From Octopus vulgaris (taxonomy: Eukaryota), in contig OX597827.1 in NCBI GenBank assembly GCA_951406725.2, forward strand, positions 50,840,001-50,904,000: a stretch of DNA of 64,000 nt, read 5' to 3'. Positions 39,539 through 53,979 of this stretch are shown piece by piece. The translations under genes were made by a program, and so were the position numbers. The notes beneath the pieces are model-generated. The model saw nothing but the letters and a program-made list of their open reading frames with translations, was not told the DNA's origin and made no database searches. Numbering within the stretch: the first letter of the stretch is position 1; every line of letters starts with the position of its first letter.

Positions 39539-39890
39539 CTACTGATTTCTGTTGATATATGCGTGTGTCAAACAGAAATGTTATTCGTGCTTGTGTGCGT
39601 ATTACAGATAAAGTAACTATGTGGCAGCATACATCTATAAACAGCCGTATTAGCATACATACAATCAACGTATAAGATACATACACCCACAAATATTGAG
39701 TTTTTCTTCCTAACGTGAAGAACTGAAGTTAAAGAAAGGTAACAAGATCAACAGTTAATGACATGCGATTTTGATAGTTCTTAGGTTCTCATCACTTCCG
39801 TTGTAGCACTCCCTTGTTTAGTCATAAATAATTTATCAATTGTTTTCTTAGAAAATATTGTAGTATGAACATGCCAATAAAACAATTGGC

Positions 39891-40310
39891 GGATCTTTTC
39901 GGTTTGACCGGCAGTTTTTTTTTAATAATTTCCACATAACTAAACAATTTTAAACTTCGTATACTGGTAGAATGTGTTTATAAAACATCTTTTTCTCTTG
40001 ACTTTATTGAGAAAATTCTATTGTTTGAAAGATATTTGTTGTTGCTTTTTCTTCAATTTCTGCAACTTCAACCAATCAATGACGTCTATTGGGGTAAAAA
40101 CATTCTGTGCCGTATGAATATGTCCCTCGTTTAAGAAACAGATTGGGTTTATTTACATTTATGAAGAAAAAAAGATGCCCTCCCCCCCATCCCTAACCCT
40201 AACCCTAAAACAGATTGAAATGCAATAGATCGATACTAGGGTCATAATTATGGGTGACAATTTCATATGACACCGATAGAAAAAAACTGCCGTTCAAACG
40301 GAAAAGATCC
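39891..40310 (-). mobile_element. Merlin-like MITE copy 3
   Basis: TIRs ggatcttttcggtttga.cggcag; TSD caattggc/caattagc; (CCCTAA)3. Confidence 0.92.
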
Positions 40311-40911
40311 CAATTAGCTTTACACCTGAACTAAATATGCTTACATATAACCAAACGCGTTAACCCATACTATGTAGTAAGTTTGTAATATTTTTTTCCC
40401 CAAAGGGCTGCCATAGCAGAATAGGTAGAGTACCAAATAAGTTGTTTGTGTTTTTGATTTCAAATACTTTCAAGCCTTACTTAGCTTTTCTGTGGAATCG
40501 ATGAAAAGGTACCCGTAATAAAATGAGAACTGTTTCAATTACAACAACCTTATCTATTAAATACGTAACCTTCCTTATACCAACATAAGATATCAATATT
40601 CTTTCTAAATGTTTTCTTTTAGAAATATCTTGTTCAGTTCAGACGCTGCCATCATACCACAAAACGAATGGTTATACGCTTCTATGTTCAAAATATTTCT
40701 CTACAGGACTGTAATTGCTCAAAATATCCTTCTTCGCTGTGGATTTCAATAAACTGTATACAATACGTAACATCAAAAACATCATTTGAAAACCAGAATT
40801 ATGGCAAAATTTCTCCTACAGTCTAAGAAAATTATTATTTAATCGTAATCATATGCCCATAAGCAAAATCCTTATTTACACACACGCAAACGTGCGCATG
40901 TATATATAAAT

Positions 40912-41070
<159 letters not shown>

Positions 41071-41465
41071 ATTTAGAACTTAAGTTATTTGATCTATACA
41101 TATATTTCCATGAACGTCCATTTCAATATTTGCAGCTGGTGGAAAAAAATATTTCTTTGAATTTTAAATAAAATTAAAATGTTTTGGAAAGTTTTATGAT
41201 TTTATTGATCAGAGAAATATTGTTGTGTGACATCAAATTTAACATTGTTGAACAAAACGTTTAGAAGATAGATTTGTTTACTTGGACGTCGAAACCTGAA
41301 TGATTTTACCAAATTTAAATTAACACTATTTTTTTTTTTTTTTTAGTATAAGATTTCAATTCGATAAATTCATCAAATCTACATGTCTTCTGCTATGAAA
41401 TTCATAATCTTTATTGATGAAATAATCTGTGTAAAAATGTATAAATATATCCATTCATTTATATA

Positions 41466-41550
<85 letters not shown>

Positions 41551-43358
41551 CATACATACATACATACATACATACATACATACATACATACATACATACA
41601 TACATACACGCATGTAAATATGGAAACTATTCGTCTAGATATAGCCAGATTTATGCGTTTTTTGATAGCATCAATACATCTATTTAACAGCATCTTTACT
41701 TCTTTATATAGATGGTTTGATACATCATGCATGTAAGTAGGTGAGATCTATGCAAATGTACACATATAGAAATTAAGATACAAGAGACACGTACTTACAT
41801 GCACAGAAGACGTACGTGCATGCATGCATGCATACATACATACATACATACATACATACATACATACATACATACATTACAGTAAAACAGGGAAGGATTT
41901 TATAGGCTTATGAATTTTCTCCTCTTAATCGGAAATTGTTAATACGTAATTTAGAAGATTTTCCGGAGATCTCATCGTCTGGAGAAACCGATAAAAACAA
42001 ATACTGGCATGATATTGCTATTTATATTTTATATAGACTCAGTAGCTTTTAAATATAATGGTAGAGTACAACGGAGAGCAAACTATACGAAGAGAAAGTA
42101 GAGGTAATATCGACATAATTGCGTATATGTCTTGATTTTTTTGATCTTTGATTATAACGATTTTATAGTGATAAGCTAAGATTACCAGTGAGTCGCCGTT
42201 AAGAGGAAATCTTTTGTGCCCACACCAGTTACTGTATGTGATTGATGTTTGGTGGTGGGCCAGTGCCAAACAAATATCTCTTCCCAATAGGAATCCGTTA
42301 AAGTGAGCAAGTATTTCTTCCTGAGTGTAGGCATGATCTAATGACCTTTCCTAACTCTCTCTTTGAATCATGAGATGTCATACACACTCATATGTCTGTT
42401 TAGTCGCTTGGCGCTGAAAACCTCCATTTGTTTACTTCCACGTCCAACTGAGCTACATTAGAGTAGATTCTATTTCGGTTATCCTTTTTTTTTTTTTTGT
42501 AAATTTACATACTTTTCTTTAATTCTACGTTTTCCAGTTGATACTTCGCTCAACATAACAGACTTTCGGCGTCTTACGATTAAGAAGTATTTTTAATTAT
42601 TTGTATCCCAATGCTTGACAATTTTCATTCATTTTTAAGAATATATCGTCGACTTTTACATATTAAAAAAAGAAAAAGAAAGAAATTCATTTTCTCAACT
42701 TGCATTTTTTGCTGTGGAATGGCACTAGGCAGTCAGTCGAACGATTTCTTCCGCACCACATATCCAGCACTCCATTTACATTCTGCTTTCACTGATTAAG
42801 GACCATTTTGCACACTCAAATTGCTGTGGGGAATTACAACCGTGTTTTGTGGTCTGCTACCACAACAGCTCCTTTATAGGATCTAGTTAGCTCAAGACAT
42901 CATCAGGAGGAACCACGTCCGGTTTCGGCCCCTAAATATGACTGTCTAGGCTTGTCATTTCTCTACTTCCCACTTGTTCGGTGTTGGTTAGAGCTTGCTA
43001 TTGCAACAAGCCTTCCCTTCATCTCCCCAGGTGGTGTTCAATTTGTAGTAATAGTTATATTATGTCGATGATCTTTGTCTAGCCTATCAATCAAACCGTG
43101 CTATTGTAATTTGTTGTCATTTATTCTGGAGAGTGGAGTCTTTGAGTGATCATAGCCTTTTTTTTATGTCTTTTAAGGCTGGTTTGAACATTGTAGCGAT
43201 GTTGCTGAGAAAGCTCTCGACTTTGTTTCTTGTTACTCGCTTGTCACAAATGTTGATTCTACCTGACAATCTCAGCTTTACTTCTCTTTTGTTGAAATTA
43301 ATCTTTGGTTCAAAAATCCCCATTATACACCAAAGTGATTCAATTGAACGGAAATACC

Positions 43359-43587
43359 TATTTCTTTACTACCCACAAGGGGCTAAGCATAGAGTGGACA
43401 AACAAGGACAGACAAAGGGATTAAGTCGATTACAGCGACCCCAGTGCGTAACTGGTACTTAATTTATCGACCCCGAAAGGATGAAAGGCAAAGTCAACCT
43501 CGGCGAAATTTGAACTCACAATAGCGGCAGATGAAATACCGCTAAGCACTTCGCCCGGCGTGCTAACGATTCGTCCAGCTCGCCGCC
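43359..43587 (-). mobile_element. SINE family A, full length
   Basis: Reverse complement of 3795-4023, head ggcggcgagctgg. Confidence 0.88.
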
Positions 43588-43789
43588 TTAATGATAATAA
43601 AAATGGTGATGATGTTGGTGACGAACATTAACTTTCCTCAGTTTATGAAAGCCAAGAGTTTACCAGAAACTCTGGTGGTAACAACGAAAATGAAGCTGGA
43701 CCAATGGTTCATTTCGGATGCTGACTGATCTGACCACAGCTGTTACCCTAAGACAGCGTCAGCAGATAAAGGAGTAATGAGAAAGAAGT

Positions 43790-44015
43790 AGACCAGCGAA
43801 GAAAATAGGATAGTGATGCATTAGGAATTATCCCTAAAGATTTGAACAGACAGATAGGGGAAACAGGCATTGAAAAAAGAAAAAGACATAGTTTAGTGCA
43901 GCTCCAGAAAAACAGTGTTATTAGGGGACAGTTAGGATGTTGGGAAGTTTCTTGGCATCTAAGGTTACTTGTTGTAGCCCAATGTTAGAAATCTTTCTTT
44001 TCGTTTAATCTGTTA
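43790..44015 (+). mobile_element. Decayed R4/Dong-type 3' end
   Basis: LGIIPKDLNR...VQLQK(T)VLLGTVRML-like remnant matching the C-termini at 52.7k and 54.2k. Confidence 0.5.
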
Positions 44016-44024
44016 TGCATACTC

Positions 44025-44225
44025 TACTCTTTACTCTTTTACTCTTTGTTTCAGTCATTTGACTGCGGCCATGCTGGATCACCGCCTTTAGTCGAGTAAA
44101 TCGCCCCCAAGACTTATTGTTTGTAAGCCTAGTACTTATTCTGTCGGTCTCTTTTGCCGAGCCGCTAAGTTACAGAGACTTAAACACACCAGCATCGATT
44201 GTCAAGCGATGTTGGGGGGACAAAC

Positions 44226-44277
<52 letters not shown>

Positions 44278-44439
44278 GATGGGTTTCTTTCAGTTTCCGT
44301 CTACCAAATCCACTCACAAGGCTTTGGTCGACCCGAGGCTATAGTATAAGACACTTGCCTAAGGTGCTGCGCAATGGGACTGAAGCCGGAACCATGTGGT
44401 TGGTAAGCAAGCTACTTACCACACAGCCACTCCTACGCC
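44025..44439 (-). mobile_element. SINE family B, full length
   Basis: Reverse complement of the whole family B sequence with central (TA)n and (AGAGTAA) tail. Confidence 0.9.
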
Positions 44440-45114
44440 TATTGTTTTAAATAAGAATGATAATGATACAGAATAAATTCTAAGACTGCCGCCACATTAT
44501 TAAAAACTTTTCTGAAAATAAACCTTTAAAAAAACTGACCTTTATTTATTGATTGGAAACATTTTATAACAGTCTTCTAATCCTACAACTATTTCAAAAT
44601 GAAGATGCAAATGAATATCAGCTACGTGCTAATCTCCAACCCACTTGGCCCACACTTGCCTCTCTCTTCAAACATAACTATGAAAAGCATACATTTTACC
44701 TTTACTTCTTTCGTGTAAAGTCGCAGTATTCTCCACAGTGAAAGTAAATTAACTATTAACTTACTCTTCACGGATAGAGGGTCCTTAGGTGTTTAGAAGG
44801 TGTTGTTAGCTTTAGTTATAAACATGTACGTCGCCATATTATTAGTTTGACGTAGAGAGTGAATAAACAAGCGTGAGTTGTGAAAGGATGATAGCGAAAA
44901 ATTATTGATGATGGTTGCGGGAAATTCAAGAGTTTACGCATAATTATGTCTGAATTAAAAGAAATTTCGGATTGTTAGTTGCCGAAAAATCGATGGTGTA
45001 CTCATGTATATATATATATATATATATATAATAAAATATTAGGGAATAAATCCAAACTTACAGGGAAAAATCAGATTTAGGATTGAATCCAATTTTATAG
45101 TAAAATATTATATT

Positions 45115-45521
45115 ATATTAAATTAGAGATAAAACCACTATTAGGCAAATTAAACAATGAAAAACTTAAGCTAATACATAAAATTAATTAATTTATATTA
45201 TTTTAAATATATATCAAAATTATTAAAACTTTAATAAAAGATAATGAGTAAAACACTACGATCGTTTCATGGCTGTCCAATCCGTAATAATTCGAGTTAT
45301 GGTTACAGTCAATCACCTGAAGATTGACTGTAACCATAACTCGAATTATTACGAATTGGTCAGCCATGAAACGATCGTAGTGTTTTACTCATTATCTTTT
45401 ATTAAACTTTTAATACTTTTGATATATATTTAAAATAATATAAATTTATTAATTTTATGTATTGGCTTAAGTTTTTCATTGTTTGATTTGCCTAATAGTG
45501 GTTTTATCTCTAATTTAATAT
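45115..45521. repeat. ~200-bp-arm palindrome in (TA)n with a hammerhead at its centre (45314-45382, +)
   Basis: Arms meet at gtcaatc-acctgaa-gattgac; cac-CTGAAGA-ttgactgt...cagccat-GAAA-cgatcg-TA-gtg. Confidence 0.9.
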
Positions 45522-47479
45522 TATATATATATATATGGGTGCGTGTGTGTATGTATATGCATGTGCGCCTCGTGTATAAGTTCTCATTCCCAAAACCTTC
45601 CTATATTCTTCTGACCTACCGTTAACTACCTTCACATCTCAGCTGATAACCGTAATATTTTCATAACATAGCAATCAATATATGTATCACTTAAAAGAGA
45701 GAAAATAATTGGAAATTGTTAACCCTTTCTATCATTTTACAGATGAAGAACTCTGACACATGCGGGCATCACATCTATTCACGTGCGCATGCATTTATGT
45801 TAAACATAGATCAACATTTCGTAGTGCTGGACACAACAGATGGTAATTAAAAGAGGTAGTTATGGGAACCTTGCCAATACGCCAACGGCTTGCTCGCTAT
45901 GTGATGCCTTTCGAACGATTGTTATAGTTTCTGTAAGCTATCAATCAATACATCTATTTACCAATCTAGCCATATATTCTTTACACTGGTTAGCGTATTT
46001 ATTTCTTGTTTTCTGCAACCGATAGTTGGTCTTGAAAGTTAGCATTGATTCCAAACGATATCAAGACAAGAATCTATGCAACTAAAAAATTCATACTATT
46101 CGACTAAAACATTCATATTTATACGTATCCGGATTAATTTGCATATGGCCAATTTTTTCTATGTTTATCTGTAAAATGCTCAAGTAAATGGAAATCAAAA
46201 ACATTAATTTTTTTTTTTTTTTGGTCGGGGTTATCAACGAAACTCTTCTGTTACTTCTATTATTTATTAAGCACACTAAAATTTGTTGGTTCAACGAATC
46301 ATTAACCCATGTTCCTAATTCACACCGATTACGTCTTTAAAATCACACCAAATACACCCAAATGCTCTCTGCTGTACTGCAAATGTATTGTGCAGAACTC
46401 TTGAACACACGTGAGTGTGGAAGATGCGTTGCTATTGTAAATACCACAAAGAAATTTCAAGATTAACCTACAATAAAGGAACATCAAAACACCAAGCTTT
46501 CTTTTAAAACGACGTGCATCCTGGGCAAAAGTGAAAGCTTGCTTTATTTCAGGAGGGAACATTGTGGAACTGTCATTTGCACCTGATAATGGAAGTTGAG
46601 CTCCTCACTGACCAACAGTCAGCCGTTTTCAAGTATAATTAATATCAAAATCGTTCTGACAGTGACCATCTTTTTTTTTTATAGGTATAAATTACGTTAT
46701 CCAGAGTCTTGTCCCTTTTTAATGAAATAGGATCTGATATGAAGATTTGACTGCAATTTCAAGTAATTTGTGCGACCGCGTAGAATTTCCGTCCTTGGTT
46801 CACTTTATATATGGTTTTAGATTTTGGCACAATTTGAAAAGATTTTCATTAGGGAAAAAACGTAGGGAGGGTCCTCCTAAAATGCAATGCTAATTTAATC
46901 TACAACTTTTATAGTAAAACCCCAAGTATTCATGAGAAAAATTATTTAAACGGTACCTTCAATAATGTCGTTTTTTCCCCTTGCTCACAGAATATTCTTT
47001 ATATTAGTTACATATTCCTAGATATATGTCTGTGTGCTTGAGTTGTGTCCACGTGAGAGCTTTTGAACATGTGTAGGATTCGAGGAAATACTATTTAGAA
47101 AAGTAGGATATTGCCGTCACAAAAGCTCCAATCAAATTCATTTTCACTCATTCTGCAACCTTGTGACCGTGAGCTTATTCATGCTTGTGTGTTTGCGTGT
47201 GTGTATGTGTGTGTATGTGTGTGAGTGTGTGTGTGAGCATGTGAGAGAGAGAGAGAGAGATAGGGAGAGAGAGGGAGAGAGAGAGAGTGTGTTGGTGTGT
47301 ACGTAAGTGTTTTGTGTATTTTTTTGTGTGTGCTTTTGTATCTATGGTAATGTGTTGTGGTTGTGTGACATTTAATTATTCTTTATTTACTTGACTGAAA
47401 TTAATCTTATCTCAGTGAAAGGGTTGCATAACTACCAGACATCGACTGCTTGACTGATGTCTGTTATTGTCTGGTTTGC

Positions 47480-47508
47480 ATGCTGAAATGTCAAACCACA
47501 GTGAAAAG
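47480..47508 (+). CDS. Speculative upstream coding exon (MLKCQTTVK-R), phase-compatible with the exon at 49357
   Basis: ATG...AAG|gtatac donor gives phase 2, matching the next exon; no homology evidence. Confidence 0.2.
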
Positions 47509-48061
47509 GTATACTCAAGATAAGACTGGCTTTATGCTTATGTTTATTTATTTATTGTTCTTAATTAAATATGCTTCTGAGATGTTAACTTGTCATTCTT
47601 CAGCTTTATCATAACTGGTACCGACTGCAAGCAAGCTCCCCTTCTTCCATCAACACTTACAAGGTTACAATGACATCGCTGCTAATAAAAGATTGCCCTT
47701 ATATATATCTGTAAAGCTGACTTTTTAGTGATAACCTCATCTTATCAACATACTTTCGATGAACAGTGAACAACAATCGTATATAGTTTTATATAAATGA
47801 AAAAAAATATTTAATTATTTCAAGCATAAAAATAAATTCAGCCATTAAAATAAAAGAAAATAATGTTGATGGTTAACCAGTATAATTTTTGTCGAGTAAC
47901 AGAAGGTAACGACTAACGCATTTTCAGTGGATGTGCAGCCTTTACCGTAACATGCGAAAATGTTAGGAAGAAAATCAAGTATGCTTACTGAATCTACATT
48001 TTTTTTGGGTGGGGGGGTAGAATGCGGAATATTATTGCCAAGATAAGCTAACATGCGATAT

Positions 48062-48356
48062 TTTGTTGTTTGTTCCTTATCGAGCCATGCCTGGCTCATA
48101 AGGGCCGGTTTCCCGGTCTCTTGGCGTATAGGTTCCCCACCTAGACGGGACGCCGGTCCATCTCAGGTGAGCTGCAAGATGCAGGAGGAAAGAGTGATAG
48201 AAAGTTGTGGCGAAAGAGTCAGCAGAAGTTTCTGCCGGAGCCGCGTGGAGCTTAGGTGTTTCGCTCATAAACATACACATCGTCCGGTCTGAGATTCGAA
48301 CCCGCGATCCCTGACCGCGAGTCCGCTGCTCTAACCACTAGGCCATGTGCCTCCAC
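48062..48356 (-). mobile_element. tRNA-derived SINE sharing the family C head but with a different body
   Basis: tggcctagtggttagagcagcggactcgc...gggttcgaatctc; 11-bp TSD acatgcgatat at 48051-48061/48357-48367. Confidence 0.88.
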
Positions 48357-49356
48357 ACATGCGATATCATCTGCAATATAACTAGAAATCCATGCAGGTG
48401 AAAGCGTATTCAAAGTTTGAAGCATTAAACAGCGGGAGTATATTACATGGTGCTGATATCTCATGCTAGTTTGATTTAGCAACTGCCATATGAATTTGTT
48501 TCCTTTCGAGAATAGTTTGCATATGAAATCTGTAAGGGGAACCTCTAGTTGATCATTCGACCATCTAGAAAGAGCAGTCAAGTCTCACTCAAATCACCTT
48601 CTACTATCATTGGATAATATAGTTCTACATAACTCTAAAATGACGGGGTGGCTTGAATGCCTTTGTTATGTTCACTCAATACCGATTTGGGGCTTAAACA
48701 ACACGGATTAAGTGGGTTAAATTCTGATGTCAAAAAAATGTTACAAATTTATTAGTTTAAAACGTAAAATAAAATATGTCAACATTTTTCAAACTTTGAT
48801 ACATGGCATGCTGAAAATTTATAGTATCTTACTATCTTTGTAATTATATCAACTGTACAATCAATAGAAGCCATGAAAATCAGAATTTAAAACACTATGA
48901 AATATCATATATGTTACCTAGTTATTTTCATTGTATTTTTTTAAATTGCATTTTTTTTAATTTACCTTCAATACAAGAATATCGTCGAAGTCTCGTTGAA
49001 GCTAATTAGTAGACTCCTGTCTTAACTAAGTGTGGTTAGTTAAGGAATTGGTGCTTTCTAATTATACACGTGTGTGTATGTGTGTGTGCACGTGTGTGTG
49101 CACGTGTGTGTGCACGTGTGCGTGCGCGCGCATGTACTTCAGGTTTTAGATTTTATTTTTAATTTAAGTTTATTGAAGTACGGTCGATGATGACACAAAT
49201 TTTAAGAAAATAACTAATTCGAAATCATTATACCAAGAAATTTTATATGAATTGTAAGACATAAATATTTCCTTTCACTTAATAACGTTTGCATTTTTCA
49301 ACAACTTTCATGTAATAAATCATTTTCTTTAATTCTTTCTCCCTCTCTTCTTCCAG

Positions 49357-49405
49357 GAGTGCAAGTAATGAAGAAAATGAGCTTCTAAGTGCCGGTGCAA
49401 TAAAA
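49357..49405 (+). CDS. Isolated 49-nt internal coding exon of an unidentified host gene (xSASNEENELLSAGAIK)
   Basis: Long polypyrimidine tract ending ttccag, open frame (phase 2 in, phase 0 out), donor gtaggt; unique-sequence flanks. Confidence 0.65.
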
Positions 49406-50301
49406 GTAGGTTGTTTATTTAAATCTTCTATTGTGTGTGTGATATTTTCCTCTCAGATAATAGCTCATTAATGCAAGTATATGTATTGCACGTATTTAAT
49501 GTAATATATTATTGTATTGAAACTTTTAATTGTATATTTTTGTACGCAAATTTATTTGTGTGAGTGCATTCAATAACCATATCTGTATTTTAAGTAAATA
49601 TTTTTGGACCTTTATTCCACATCAACATAAACAATTAGACACACTAGCAGAGACAGCATTCCGAATGTTCAATCCTAGAAAAGGATTGCGGACTCTTCTC
49701 TAACATCGGCATAACACGAAATGAACCGAATCTTTTCGAGGTGTGTACAATTTGTATAATTAGCTACTTATTAGCTAAGACCAAAACCTTAACTGAAATA
49801 ATGTACCACAAATGTTGTTATATACTTTAGATTTACCTGTTGGGGTTACAGTTTTTCTCTTTTTTTTTTGCGGGTTGGAGATATATATATACATATGCAC
49901 TCCAACCTTCGGGGAATTTCGACTCAGTGACTGCCGTTGATTTTTGCTTTTATCTGTATCGATAAGCGAAGATCAATCACTACCAGTGTCAGAAACTATC
50001 AGTATGACGCTAACTGGTGTCACAAGAACCACCTGATCGATCAATGATATTTAGTATGCCTAAGGCATCCAACATTTCTTTCATCTGTTTTAATCTATGA
50101 AAACTGTTTATACTGAATCACCTAGCGCCAGGCAACCTGTTATCCTGTCTTTATCAGTCTCAAAGCATTTATTTTAGTTTTCTTCAAAACAGTTTTATTT
50201 TATTTCCAAATAATCTAATTCCATCTACTAAAAACTTTATTGAAAATTGTCATTCGATAAGCTTAGATGCTGAAATTCTTGACTATAGAACTTCAATTCA
50301 T

Positions 50302-50490
50302 TTCAAAAAAATTTTCTTCAAACATTTTAAGTATATTTTTATTAATTAATCTTGAAAGTCTGTGACAAAACAGTAACATACAAGGTTGAAGAATTCAAAA
50401 AATTTTTCTTCAAACATTTAAAGTATAGTTTAATTAATTAATCTTGAAAGTACAGGTGACAAAACAGTAACATACTAGGTTGAAGAATTC
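50302..50490 (+). repeat. Tandem duplication, ~94-bp unit x2
   Basis: ttcaaaaaa.ttttcttcaaacattt...gtgacaaaacagtaacatac.aggttgaagaattc occurs twice. Confidence 0.9.
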
Positions 50491-50703
50491 CGGTATCTTA
50501 TTCTGTATACTTGACTTGAAACCTACCCGAGACCGAGTTTACTTTCATTTTTTTTTCTTGAGTCAATAAAATTGGCAACTTCGATTAATATGCTACACCT
50601 CAAAACATTGTAAACTTATGTCAGGTAGAGATCATTATATACTCCTGGCGGTTTTTCATTTTTCTGCGAAACCGAATTTTAATCCTTACATTTCCATAAG
50701 TGA

Positions 50704-50945
50704 TGTTGTTGTTGTTGTTATTGTTGTTGTTGTTGTTGTTGTTGTTGTCCTCCAGCCACGTGGTCCAAGAAATTCTTCTTTCTAACGAAACTGGTGCCGC
50801 TGAATCACCGATCTTATCTCTGGCAACAGCGTGTGGCCCACCTTAACCAATAGCAGCCTATTTTCTAGTAGCCATCTTGGACTTCCTGTATTTCTCCATT
50901 CGGTAATCTTTGCCTGAATGAGCCAGGCTTCTGTTGGGAGTCCAC
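50704..50945 (-). mobile_element. Old RTE-like 3' end with (AAC)n tail; related copy at ~59990-60065
   Basis: ccaatagcagcc.atttt...gccat.ttggact.cct...tctccattc.gta shared with 59990-60065. Confidence 0.45.
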
Positions 50946-51058
50946 GAAACTTTAATTTGATTGAAGCAAATACTGTAAATGTGTTTTTAAATAATAATAT
51001 ATGTAACTCCTAGCTAAATGAGTTGAGTGCCATTTTCTTTCGCTTCACCATGCACTTG

Positions 51059-51172
<114 letters not shown>

Positions 51173-52229
51173 GTCAGACAGACTTTAACTAAGTATGAAT
51201 AATTCTGACTTACACCGAATAGAGGAACCAATTTGAATCTAACATAGTAATCGTTGAGTTGTCAACTCATGTACTCTCTTTCTCTCCCTCCCTCCATTTC
51301 CCTCTTTCTCACTCCTTTTTCTCCCTTTCTCTCTCTCTCTCTCTCTATCTCTATCTATCTCTCTCTATCTCTCTCTCTCTGAGTCAAATTTCAAAACTAT
51401 TTTGAAGAACACCAAAATACACATTGTTATGCAGAATTATGTAATAGTCATACTATTTCAAAGCACGAGTTTTCGTTTGGTTTTCGTTTGTTTTTGTTGT
51501 TGAACACAAATATGTCTTATATATAAACATTCTGTTTTAAACCAGCGATCACCTTCATGATTAGCTCAGTTTTTCGGTTAACAAAACCGTTCGGGAGAGT
51601 ATTTCGGGCATATATTGCTGCTTGTCATGTCAATTCTTCAGGGACTGTTTGGGTTTTCGTTGTTGCTATTGTTTTGCATTGAATGATTCTATATTTAGTT
51701 TGTTTGTAGTCTTCGCATTTTGCCCCAGATAATTTGTAAAATATGCACCATTTTTCATTGCTCCTCTATTATGTCATTTATACTTGTGTAATTATCTACA
51801 CTGGCATACACACACACACACACAGGGGATGGGTAAGAGGGCTGTGATGAGTTTTCCATCAGACTTTTTTCAGAGGCCACTTGCAACAAACAGTCCTAAC
51901 AGACACGTCAAAAGCAATTAACAGATGCTTTGTATAACAATATTGAAATAAGGTAACGTCTGTTTTCTTGTGCTGCATGTCAAATAGCGAAGAGAATTCC
52001 AGACGATTACAGAAACCAGATACACACTCCACACGATGTAAACAATTTACTGATCTCCACGCATGAAAATTATTTATTAAACCAAAAATATAAATCTCAG
52101 CTTGTTTATTCTAAACCCCGATGCTGAAAAACCTTGCAATTATCTGTTTTTCACATTTATCCCCATTTTTATGATTGATGCCATCATTTCTGAATAGATT
52201 ATATTGTTGGTAGTAGTGGAGTGGAAAAT

Positions 52230-52410
52230 TGCTAGTTTGTTGGACAAAATGCTTGGCGGTATTTATTCCGATTCTTTAACGTTCTCAGTTGCCCAGGTCG
52301 ACTTGGCCTTTCACTCCTTTCGGGGTTGATTAAATAAATTGCAATCAAATACTGAGGTCGATGTAATCGATTAAAAACTTCAGGCCGTGTCCTTGTACCT
52401 GTAGTAGAAA
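52230..52410 (+). mobile_element. SINE family A (degenerate)
   Basis: aaaatgcttggcggtattt...ggtcgacttggcctttcactcctttcggggttgat. Confidence 0.65.
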
Positions 52411-52421
52411 AGATTATTATT

Positions 52422-52471
<50 letters not shown>

Positions 52472-52475
52472 TATT

Positions 52476-52522
<47 letters not shown>

Positions 52523-52533
52523 TATTATTATTA

Positions 52534-53044
52534 CTTTTTTTTTCTTCTTTCAAATTTGCTTCCATTTCTTGCCGAGTGTCTTCCCGACTCCTAGGGCAAA
52601 GAAACTCATAGTATACATTGGTAGGCTATTAAACCAAACTCAGTAGTTCGTTCATTTTTTTTTTTTTTTTAAGGTTAAATTAAAATACATGAGCAGCAAC
52701 AGTTCTCACATCGACAATGCTCTTCTCAATACGTGTGATGTACCAGTTAAGACAATCTTTTGCACTTCTTGCAGGGATGGTAAGCCAGGGATCATTCTCA
52801 TATAATTTTCGGTTCCCTTCTTGATCATTCCTAGTGCTCCTACGATCACTGGTATTGTAACCGCCTTGAGATGACACATTTTCTCAATTTCAATGAGTAG
52901 GTCTTTATATTTTCTGAGCTTGTCAAACTCTTTCGCTGAGATATTATGATCACAGGGGATGCTCATGTCGATCAATAAGCAAACTTTATTGTTTTGGTCT
53001 TTCACAACAATATCTGGTTTATTGGCCTTGATAGTTCGGTCTGT
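52534..53044 (-). mobile_element. 5'-truncated R4/Dong-clade non-LTR element (PD..D endonuclease) inserted in (TAA)n
   Basis: TDRTIKANKPDIVVKD...LLIDMSIP...KYKDL...IPVIVGALG...VQKIVLTGTSHVLRRALSM; A-rich tail; TAA repeats on both sides. Confidence 0.9.
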
Positions 53045-53045
53045 A

Positions 53046-53760
<715 letters not shown>

Positions 53761-53914
53761 ACAAGTTAGAAGTAGCATAGCTAAGATATAGAAATTTATA
53801 AACAAAGTTTTAAAAAGCTCTAGTAGTCTACCTATAGTCACCCCATCGTAGGAATTTATCTAGGGAAAACCACATCATAGTTAAGTTATATATGTCTATA
53901 AACATTATTAAACA

Positions 53915-53974
<60 letters not shown>

Positions 53975-53979
53975 ATTAT

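Larger units (their letters stand above)
38561..39717 (+). repeat. ~117-bp direct repeats at 38561-38677 and 39598-39717
   Basis: cgtattacagataaagtaa.tatgtggcagcatacatct.taaacagccg...taacgtg present twice. Confidence 0.9.

Noticed and set aside
42895-42940. Type II hammerhead on the minus strand
   Set aside because: Helix I cannot form and helix II pairs poorly
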